From contig NC_089429.1 of the NCBI RefSeq assembly GCF_026210795.1, forward strand, positions 3,100,001-3,164,000: a stretch of 64,000 bases of DNA, given 5' to 3'. The notes under the pieces were generated by a model. It made no database searches and was not told the origin of the DNA. It worked only from the letters and a program-made list of their open reading frames with translations. Made by a program: the position numbers and the translations under genes. The DNA is from Rhizophagus irregularis (taxonomy: Eukaryota). Below, piece by piece: positions 51,110 through 64,000 of this stretch; the first letter of the stretch is position 1; every line of letters starts with the position of its first letter.

Positions 51110-52450
51110 TAAGTTGTTCCCTTAATGTTTCGTTTGCGACATCATTACCCGGACTTATATGCGGATGATTCTTTGTGTCCAAATTGCGGTATCTTTATGG
51201 AAACCCTTGAACACTTTTTTACATACTCTCCGGATGCCGACTCCAGTCTGGTTGAGAATAGTTCTCCTCTTATATCTTGTCAACGTATTCTTCTGGAACT
51301 AATGGATCAATTTTTAAATTGTCTTGCTCGAAAGGCTTCATTTTCTCCTAAAGCCCGTCAGAACTTAGATTCTCTCCTTTTTCAACTAAAAGCTCTTTTC
51401 TCTGTTGGTTTCTCATCTCTTCAACAATACTCTGAATCCTCTTCTTTTACTGGACTTTGGTTCCTCTAAGGCTTCATTTCACGTGATCTTTCTTCTTTAA
51501 TTATTTCCAGCTCCAGACTACCTTGGCGTATCACAGGTCGAAATTAGTTAATTAGAGTATCAATAGGTTATCAATAGGTTATCAATCGGCTATCAATAGG
51601 CTACCCTATTGGTAGCCTATTGAACTTGCGCCATAATCCGTCACCAATCGGGCAGGCTGATTGATAACCTATTGATAACCTATTAATACCTTATTGATAA
51701 CCAATTTGATAAAAATACCAATAGGATACTAATAGGTTATCAATAAGTTATTAATTGGCTAACAATCAGCCTGCCCGATTGGTGATGGATTATGGCGCAA
51801 GTTCAATAGGCTACCAATAGGGTAGCCTATTAATAGCCGATTGATAACCTATTGATAACCTATTGATACCCTATTTAACTAATTTCGACCTGTGCGTTCC
51901 GCCTGCAATATTATTTCAAGGAATTTTCTCAAATTACATCATGAGATTTACCACTAACTTTGGCGTCCTAGATGTAAGATGAAATTTCTTAAAGATAAGG
52001 CGTTGGATATTACGCCTGCCTTTTTCGCATGACCAGAAGTTCTGATTTTACTAATTTTCACTACGACACCTCTCCGGTGACCTCTTCCCTGACCAACGAG
52101 TCTCCTTCTCCGCTTCAGGCTTTTGAATGGTCCTTACTTGGTATTTTTTGGACGCATTCTGCTATAATTCGAGGTATGAATTGGCTTAACAACCTCTCAG
52201 ATTTTCTGAAGAGTCAAACAGTTTTCGTCTGATTTAGTGTCTTGGCTTACTGGATTGTAGGGTAGGATGGATTGGACTTGGGTAGTTGATCCAAAACTTT
52301 GCTTTTGTAGGTTTAAAGTTGAGATATACAAATTTAGGTTTTATAGTTTAGTTTCTTTTCTATATGTATAAATTTGTGCGACTATTTGTTTTTAGTTAGA
52401 TATTTATTTTATTTTTACTTCTCTTTGTAATGTACGAATAAATCTTAATA
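51110..52450 (+). mobile_element. 3' end of a non-LTR retrotransposon (zf-RVT region), interrupted by a MITE
   Basis: LRHHYPDLYADDSLCPNCGIFMETLEHFF; WFL*GFI; IYH*LWRPRC. Confidence 0.8.
51532..51894. mobile_element. CACAGG foldback MITE (CMC/CACTA-like)
   Basis: CACAGGTCGAAATTAGTTAA / TTAACTAATTTCGACCTGTG; arms pair over most of the length; flanks TAT / CGT. Confidence 0.88.
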
Positions 52451-52797
52451 AAATCACTATTAGAATCTCAAATATAAGTTGTATCAGTATTATTTGGGTC
52501 TTACTATAAGTAAGAGTTCAAATAAATTATCTAGAGAAGAGGTGAGATAATTTCTCCTTGATTGATACTAATACAAATCTGATAAAAAGGAGAATCATCA
52601 TAACAAGTGAGGATTTTGTTATTTCACCTAGTAAAGAAATTAAGAATAAATTGCATTAAAAGTGCAGGAATATGAAGTTTAATTAAGAAGTTTCTGATTA
52701 TCAGAAGAATTATGTTTGTGTTTAAGGATTGGAATCAATTTAATCAAAAATCGAATCTTAAGAATCGATTTGACGAATTAATTTTTGATTTCAATTA

Positions 52798-53085
52798 TAG
52801 CTGATTGTAAAATTGTAAGACCACCCTATGATTTTTTAATTTGAAAATTTGATATTTTGAATTTTTAAAAAATAAGTAAAAAATCAAATTAAAAACCTGT
52901 TTATTCAACTCTTTAAATAAAAATAGAAAATAAATTACTTTAAAATCTTTATTAATTTTAAGGAGTTAAAGTTATTGCCAAAATAGGTATTTAAACTTGC
53001 TTTTTTACTAATTCTTGAAATATTTAAAATATCAAATTTTCAAATTGAAAATCATAGGGTGGTCTTACAATTTTGCAATCTGCTG
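52798..53085. mobile_element. Tc1/mariner-type MITE
   Basis: ~75-bp inverted arms containing AAAATTGTAAGACCACCCTATGA; TA on both sides. Confidence 0.85.
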
Positions 53086-53099
53086 TAACTGATTTTTCA

Positions 53100-54495
53100 T
53101 CTGTAACTATTTTACGCGAATTCCATACTTCATTTTCCAATTTTTTCCCAATTTCTTTCCATCTATCATCCGTCCAGTCTAATTTTAGTTGTATAATATC
53201 TGTTATATGATTTATATTTAATAATAATTTTAAAAAAAGTAACTGGGCAATTTAGGTAAAATTTCAATTAAAGATTTAATTGAATCATCAATATTATTTG
53301 TATTATTAAATTCATTAAGATTTAAATAATGTGTATTATCTTTAGGATTATAATATTCATACTTTAAAAGTGTTTCAGATGGAGTATATAAAAATTTTAA
53401 AGCTGAAACTAACATAGAAGCGAGAATTATTTCTTTTTTTCTTCTGTTTCAGTATCTGCTACATATGTAAGCCACTGAGCTAATAATTTTAAACTTTTGG
53501 ATGTATCTTCTTTATGCAATTTATGTTATTCACAAGTTGTTTTTCATTTGCCAGAACCAGATCGACAGTTTAAATGCCTACCATAAGATTTATAACAATT
53601 ATAACAAATATATCGAATTGTTGAAACATCATCAAAAATTCGCTGGGAGATACCTTGGTATTCGTGTACTGCATTACATGTATAGAGACCAACACATGAA
53701 ATTTGGATATATTTTTCCCACATTTTCTATAAATGATCTTTACATCCAATTTCATGGCTAAAGAAATGAAAATTTTTAGAACACAATAAGAGGACCCCGG
53801 ACATCATATATATAACTCATAACTGATCTACACAAATTTAAGTACTTTTTGCTCCTGCTAAAATAGACTTAATTTGCTAAAAATCAAATTATCACATTTC
53901 AAATCTATACTAATTTGCTAAAACTCAAAATATGAGTTAATAATCTTTTTTTTATTATCAATAAAAAAATAAATGATTAATATAAATTAAACTGCCAATT
54001 TTTATAATTAAAATATATAGATTATAGATAAAATAATAATTAATAAAAATAATAAATTAAATAAATAATTATTAAAAAATAAAATGTTGCGAAACTAAAC
54101 GGATGGTTTTTGGCCCGCATTATGCTTAATTTTGGCCGGAATTATACTTAATTTTGGCCAAAATATGACCCGGATCTGAAACTAATATTTTTAAAAATAT
54201 TATTTATAAAGTTAAAAACAAAGGATAAGTTAAATTTAAAAAAAAGTACCAATTTGCTCAAATATAAAATATGACTTTGTAAAATCAATACAATTTGCTA
54301 AAACTCATAATTATGACTATTAATTAATTTTCAATCAATTTGCTCTTTCTAAAATTATGAGTTTAACCTAATTTTGATTGAATTTGCTAAAACTCAAATG
54401 TGAGTTATATATATGATGTCCAGGGTCCTACAATAAGCAACATCAGCAGCTAATTTCACTTAGTTTAAAATTTCGCAATTGTTTTGTAAATGCAT
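53100..54495 (-). pseudogene. Decayed Cys/His-rich coding remnant (probably transposon-associated), interrupted by a MITE
   Basis: Minus-strand peptides GCKDHL*KMWEKYIQISCVGLYTC, RYICYNCYKSYGRHLNCRSGSGK, SLKLLAQWLTYVA, LDWTDDRWKEIG. Confidence 0.45.
53791..54429. mobile_element. MITE with AGGAC termini and 8-bp TSD (superfamily uncertain)
   Basis: TIRs AGGACCCCGGACATCATATATATAACTCA / TGAGTTATATATATGATGTCCAGGGTCCT; TSD ACAATAAG. Confidence 0.92.
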
Positions 54496-54496
54496 T

Positions 54497-54791
54497 AGGA
54501 CTCCAGATATCTCCAAAACAGGTCATAAGTCACATTTTCAGCAGATTGGCCCATTTTTCAGGAGTTTAAAAAATCATTTTTTGTAAATATCTCAGCATCT
54601 AGTAGGCCAATTTTGATGAACTTTTTTTAAATTGTAGAGCTAAATGGGGGCTACAAAATAAAAAAAGTTCATTAAAATTGAATCACTGGATGCTGTGATA
54701 TTTACAAAAAACGATTTTTTGAGTTTTAGCAAAAAGGGGTGTTTTTGGTCAAAAGTCCATTATGACCTTTATATTAGATATTCGGGGTCCT
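54497..54791. mobile_element. Second AGGAC-terminus MITE
   Basis: AGGACTCCAGATATCT / AGATATTCGGGGTCCT; TSD AATGCATT. Confidence 0.88.
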
Positions 54792-54839
54792 AATGCATTA
54801 TGATTTTTTTGATCATAATTAAAATGATTCATATACACC

Positions 54840-56456
54840 TAAAGATGTTAGCCGTAATTGATTGGCTGATGCCGTAATATTACAGCATACAGCATTACAG
54901 TTATGACACTTTTCGTAATACTGTAATTAGGCCGTAATGCTATAATTGGGTCGTAATGCTGTAATTAGGTCGTAATGCTATAATTAGGCTGTAATGTCGT
55001 AATTTTTAATGGCATAAAAATTTAAAATAAAAGTAATGAATTATAAAAGTAAATTACAATAGTTTATATGTCGTGTAATTTTAATTTTTAGGGGGTACAT
55101 AAGACGCATCGCATTTTTTTTTGTATTTTGTATACGCGTTTGTGTAAAGAAAAAAATTATATAATGAACCAAAATCCCTAGGGATGAGCATAGCGGACAT
55201 CCCTATTTTATCACAATACTGTTGTCGATCATTTGCCGATCATTTATTCAATTATCACATAATATAAATACCGTTGCTAAAAAAATTTACATAATAATAT
55301 ATGCTTAAATTTCACAAATAACTTAAATTTAGTTTTAATTTATTGTGTATTAAATTTCATTAGAAACTTTTTAGCTTTTATTATTATTTGGCATATATTT
55401 ATTCATTTTACGAAATTATTCACTAATTATGTTACTAATAAAAAACCTGCATTATGAATCAGATCACTGCATTATTTTTTTTATAGATTCTACATAATAT
55501 AAAGAATATTTGTGCAAATTCTTAAGTTTCGCACTCGCATATTCATCTTCGCACTTTAATTTTTGTCTGATGATCGGCAATAATTAGTGAATTATCATAA
55601 ACAAATAATATATTTATAATATTATTAAAAATTGTGCTAATAATTATATAATTAAAATCATATAATAATTTAGTGTTTTTACTTAGATTCCATTATTTTT
55701 TTGCCACATTATTTGAAAAATATTTGTGATTTTGCAATAAGTTTTTAAAATCCGGAATTAGTGATCAGTAAATGATCGGCAAGGTGATATGAGCATGTCC
55801 GCTATGCTCTAGGGATGGGTGGTCGGGGGTGGAAGGTAGGAAATATTAAGTTTTTTTCAAAAAATTTATATTAAATTAGTATAATATCTTTAATAATTAG
55901 ATGATTTTATGCATAATTTACATATAAACTTTTTTACAAAAAAAAAATATTATTATTATTATTATTGATATTATTTACCCCTTAAAATTGAAATTACACG
56001 GTCACATATTTCCTAAAATCCGAAATCCGAAATCCGAAATATAATTCCGGCCGAAATTAACGTAATTTCACTTAAACATGTAATTTCAGCCGAAAATCAT
56101 AATTCAGCCAAAACGGGAATGCAGATCATTCCTTTTTTGGCGATAGCCGTTCCACAAAAATTGATTTTAGTGGGAACGACACTGGAATTTTGTGCAACAA
56201 CACTTTCCTTTTTAGGATATTTGTTAATTTCTGCTAAAATTAAGTGCATAATTCTGGCCGAAATTACATACGTAATTTCGGAATTACGGCATTACGGATT
56301 AGTTACGGCATTAAGACCTAATTACAGTATTACGACCTAATTATGGCATTACAACCTAATTACAGCATTACAACTTTTGCTTTTTAATGTAGATAGGTTG
56401 CAACCTATTACATACAACACTGTGTCTTAATATTACAGTTACGGCTAACATCTTTA
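54840..56456. mobile_element. hAT-like non-autonomous element (TAAAGATGTTAGCCGTAA ends)
   Basis: TIRs at 54840 and 56439-56456; ATTAC/GTAAT subterminal repeats; no TSD seen. Confidence 0.75.
55186..55809. mobile_element. Nested MITE (Mutator-like)
   Basis: TIRs GAGCATAGCGGACAT / ATGTCCGCTATGCTC; duplicated flank TAGGGAT (7 bp, or 9-bp CTAGGGATG if the TIR is 1 bp shorter). Confidence 0.85.
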
Positions 56457-56521
56457 GTATTTTATATTTCATTTCAGTTTGTATATTTTAATTTTAATTA
56501 TATTTATTGTAATTTTATGAT

Positions 56522-57013
56522 CACAGGTCGAAAAGTGAAAAATCAGGCATCAATCAGTCACCAATCAGTCACCAATCAAATATCTGATTGGTGACCGATT
56601 GGTGACTGATTGACATTTTCGCCAAATACTGTCACCAATCAGGCAGTTTGCTAACTTTTGATCCAGTGATCAGAAAAGAATGAAATATAGCTCATTGGAA
56701 TCGTTTCGACAAGACGAATCTAATGGTAGTAAAATCGCATTTCTAGGATTAATAGTTAATAAAAAATTAAATAAAATATAAATGATACATTTTTATTTTT
56801 ATATTTTACTTAATTTATCATCATGTATTAATCCTAGAAATGCGATTTTACTACCATTAGATTTGTCATGTTGAGACAATTCCAATGAGCTATATTTCAT
56901 TCTTTTCCGATCACTGGATCAAAAGTTAGCAAACTGCCTGATTGGTGACACTATTTGGCGAAAATGCCAATCAGGTAATGATTGGTGCCTGATTTTTCAC
57001 TTTTCGACCTGTG
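56522..57013. mobile_element. CACAGG foldback MITE (CMC/CACTA-like)
   Basis: CACAGGTCGAAAAGTGAAAAATCAGGCA / TGCCTGATTTTTCACTTTTCGACCTGTG; 3-bp TSD GAT; near whole-element palindrome. Confidence 0.92.
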
Positions 57014-57164
57014 GATAATACTAAATGTTTTTTATTTTCTTTTTGAAGAGTTTTATGATACAGTATATTGATATTATTCTGGAAATCAAGTATTTTTTTT
57101 AAAAAAGTTTTGGGATTAAGCAAAGTTATTCAAAAAAGGTTGTAAATTACACATTTATAATATT

Positions 57165-58233
57165 TTTTTTTTTTTTTATGTTTTAGGAGACATCAGCATA
57201 GCCGGTTCACTAGAGCTACATGGAGAAAGCACTACAACTTAAAGTTGCAGAAATGCACTTCTACCGTTAAGCGACAGCTAACCAAGCATCTACTCTAATT
57301 ATTTAAGAAGTCCGGACGTACATCCCCCTACCCCTATATACCACACTGGGAAGATGACCCAAGTTTATACCCACACAAGGATGGATCGTAGTGTAGCAGG
57401 GTTTCTGACACAGTTATACTACCCACTAGCACCCGTCAGAAGTGAGCAACCACCTACGTACGGCAGATATAATAGAGCAGACATCTAGAAGTCCTTCCAT
57501 GATGGTTAGCTTAGAGGTACTGCAATACTAAGACTACTAATATGGTCTCACTCAAAGCCCACTACAGGCCGCGATTACCATACTAGCCCACCATAGTTGT
57601 AAATCCCCCAGTAGTAATAGTAGTGACTACTAGGACAGTAAGCTGATAAGGGTACCGGGATCACCCCTTTATTATAAGTAACCAACCCAGTTACCCAGGG
57701 ATCACCCACCAGTACGTCAATTTCACTGAGAAATCAAACCTCACCTTAGAACTTTATATACCTGTGAGCCTACGAACGTCTCCAATCAGCCTAAACCTAT
57801 TAGAAGGTAAACTACTGCTAAGACATTGCACTTGAGACTTTACCATCTATGAGGATTATCTAGCGTAGTAAACCCCACAGTAAAGTTTACCACACCCTTA
57901 GTGGTATCATAGAGTGACCACCAAGACAAGAGCTCACCCAGATGGTATGCAAGCAGTGACCATCCAGACAGGACAATAGGCTTCCCAATGGCCTCATAGG
58001 GAACACTAGGAGGACACCATGACCCTTTGTTGAAATATGCCGCCGACTGGTACATGCCCTTAGTCACATGATGCAGTCGCTACACTAATCCTGTACGATA
58101 CTATTGGTAGTAGTGCCTGCAGTAAAATTCTTTAATTTCCGTGATTGGCAGAATCGAACCTGTGGACCTCACTATACTCAGGCTTCACGAGAAGACTCAC
58201 AGACTAACCAATGAGCCAAGGGTGATCAACCCT
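57165..58233 (-). mobile_element. tRNA-derived SINE-like retroposon (~1.07 kb)
   Basis: 15-bp TSD CACATTTATAATATT (57150-57164, 58234-58248); poly(A) tail on the minus strand; head has A box TGGCTCATTGG (58218-58208) and B box GGTTCGATTC (58160-58151); no credible ORF. Confidence 0.88.
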
Positions 58234-58833
58234 CACATTTATAATATTACTTTTAAAGCTAATATAATATTACTTTATACTTTTGTTTTGATATTAACGT
58301 TAAAATAATTTTAATAATAAAATTACAGTAAAAAATAATGTAGACCTTTTTTATAAAGTTATATATGCAATTTTACTTATTTATTAATAAAATGCATACC
58401 AAAATACAAATTTTTACTTTAAAGTAGTAGTATTAAATGCTTTTAAAAAAGACATTTTATTACTTCTTTTTTAAAAAAAATATGAATTGTTTTTTTTAAA
58501 GACAAATGTTACATAAAATAATCTCATCCAATAGATTTGCTAGTCCAGGATAAGCATCTGGACCATGGCCCAGGATAAGAATGCTCAAAACAGCACATCT
58601 TATTTTTAGTTATGTGATCTTATTGAAGTGTATGCAAAATGTTTAAATGTCAAAAAAATGTTCTAATTTTACCGCATATTCTAAATGTGACAGGTTATAC
58701 TGATTATATGTTAAAATTATATATAAAGGTGTAATTTTGCTTGCTCTGCAATTTTACTTAGAACGATAAATGAGGTTTTGGCTGAAAAATTTGACTTAAA
58801 CGTGTTTTTTTAACAATATATTCAGTGATCTTT

Positions 58834-59245
58834 CCCAGTATCACCGTCACTTTTCTATCCCCATGTGATTTTGTGCTACATCAGCCTACAACAGTGATTT
58901 TGTAACTTTCATAACTTTTTCTTTTTTTTCTTTTTTTTCTTTAATGTTAGACAAAAAGTTTATAAAAAGCTGTAAATATCGAGTTTAAATAATTATTTAA
59001 GTATAAAATTTATTGTTAGTTTATTTTTAACTACTATATTAACTGTTTTTTATTTTTTTTTGTTTATCTTCTTTATCAAAAGATTAGAGCGTAATTTTGA
59101 TACTTTGGTCATTCTTTGAAGGCTAAATAAAGTCTTAACAAGTATAGCGAGAAGTGAAAAATTTTAAATGTTACGCAAAAAAGCAAATGAGGCTGATGCG
59201 CCACAAAAAATCACGTGGGGGTAGAAAAGTGACGGTGATACTGGG
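58834..59245. mobile_element. MITE with CCCAG termini immediately upstream of RPL34
   Basis: ~55-bp inverted arms beginning CCCAGTATCACCGTCACTTTTCTA; no TSD evident. Confidence 0.8.
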
Positions 59246-59254
59246 GTAAGCGTA

Positions 59255-59295
59255 GCCTGTCACGTGCAATTTTGCCGTATGATGACGTAATATAT
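59255..59295 (+). promoter_or_regulatory. Putative RPL34 proximal promoter motifs (TCACGTG E-box, TGACGTAA CRE-like)
   Basis: TCACGTG at 59260-59266 and TGACGTAA at 59283-59290, just before a pyrimidine-rich tract and the 5'UTR intron 59353-59418. Confidence 0.35.
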
Positions 59296-59431
59296 TGGAT
59301 CCTTAAATCTTTCTGATCCTTCTCTTCCATCCGTCGTTTGATATTATCAAAGGTATTTAATAATTAGATTTTTTTATTGCGAAATTAAGATAAAAATAAC
59401 TTTTATTCTTGGTTATAGAAATATAACACCA

Positions 59432-59975
59432 ATGGCACAACGTCTAACCTACAGAAGGCGCTTAAGTTACAATACTAAATCAAATAGAGTCAGAGTTATT
59501 AAGACTCCCGGTAGACTTTTTTTTATATTGAAAGGAAATAAATATATAAATAACTTTCTAATATGCTACTATCATATCTAGGTGGTAAGCTTACTTGGTT
59601 GTATGAGAAAAAACCTGCTAAAGGACCTCACTGCGGTGACTGTGGGTCTAGGCTTTCTGGAGTATGAAATTAATTTATTATAAAATTTATTTTTATGAAG
59701 TTTGTTCTATATTCATAGAAATTTTGATTAGATCCCAGCGCTAAGACCGCGACAATATGCAAGAATCTCTAAGCGTCAAAAGAAAGTACAGCGGGCCTAT
59801 GGCGGTAGTCGTTGTGCTGGATGTGTTAGAGACCGGTAAGTGCTAGATTTTTTCGTAATCAGATACTAGTTTAGTTTATTAATCTTTCTTTATGATCAGA
59901 ATTGTACGTGCTTTCCTTATCGAGGAACAAAAAATTGTCAAGAAGGTTATTAAGGCCTCCGCCACAAAAAAATGA
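59432..59975 (+). CDS. RPL34: 60S ribosomal protein L34 (eL34)
   Basis: Exons 59432-59510, 59582-59661, 59732-59835 and 59900-59975 give [112 protein letters not shown]. Confidence 0.98.
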
Positions 59976-60247
59976 TTTAGTTTTTTTCAAAAAGTCAATG
60001 AAAATATAGTGTTTTAATAAATATTATCTGCCATGTGCAAATATTATCAAATTTATTATTAACATTGTGATTCTTTATAATTATTACATTCAGTTGAAAA
60101 CTACGAAAATGTTTTTGTGTACTACTAGTTTAAAGCATTTGTCAGTATCTATATAACAAAATAAAATGACTTTAAATAAATATATATTAATAATTAAAGC
60201 TTGCGAAAAAAAATTTTTTATACCATTCTTGGTTATATGCTGATTGA

Positions 60248-63721
<3,474 letters not shown>

Positions 63722-64000
63722 TTTTTATAATTAACCGAATTTAGACAGATATTTTACGGAAAAGATTAAAAAAAAGTCAGTGGTTTTACTCAAACAAAAA
63801 AAAAAAAATCTCTCTCCTGAAGCCACAAACTTAAATGTAGTAAACAGTTTACTATAGAAGAATTAAAGGGGAAAACTCTAGATCGACAAAATATCTCGAC
63901 GAAAGTTAAAGCGGTGTTTATTCTGTCATAATAAAAATCTATTTTTATTTACGGGTAGAGAACCACTTTAAAACTAAAATTTGATCTTTATAGTTTGTAC

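Noticed and set aside
58140..58233. Functional tRNA gene
   Set aside because: A and B boxes are present but there is no convincing cloverleaf, and it is fused to a 1-kb body within a TSD, so it is called as a SINE head.

Overview
Very AT-rich eukaryotic (fungal) DNA with short GT-AG introns. The gene and transposon repertoire resembles arbuscular mycorrhizal fungi (Glomeromycotina, Rhizophagus-like); this taxonomic call is an inference. About 58 kb is nested transposon debris: a MULE/FAR1 transposase, four hAT transposases, a Gypsy gag-pol fragment, a CMC/Plavaka-like transposase with a divergent partner gene, LINE RNase H and zf-RVT remnants, and about 14 MITEs, most with checkable TIRs and TSDs. 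The window ends in two intact convergent housekeeping genes, RPL34 and PRP4 kinase. Best leads: (1) a GC-richer virus/plasmid-like module at 1-2.7 kb with a D5/SF3 helicase, an F-box-like ORF, a head-to-head 9-bp iteron structure and a 9-bp tandem repeat; (2) seven tandem micro-exon/intron arrays carried by or beside transposons, whose exons often contain GGACTT, one of which holds a captured PWP2 fragment; (3) a TET/JBP-like 2OG-Fe(II) dioxygenase gene among transposons; (4) a 1.07-kb tRNA-headed SINE with a 15-bp TSD; (5) a hAT element carrying a spliced cargo gene. All protein-family calls come from motif recognition by eye, and some frameshifts at homopolymers could be assembly errors.
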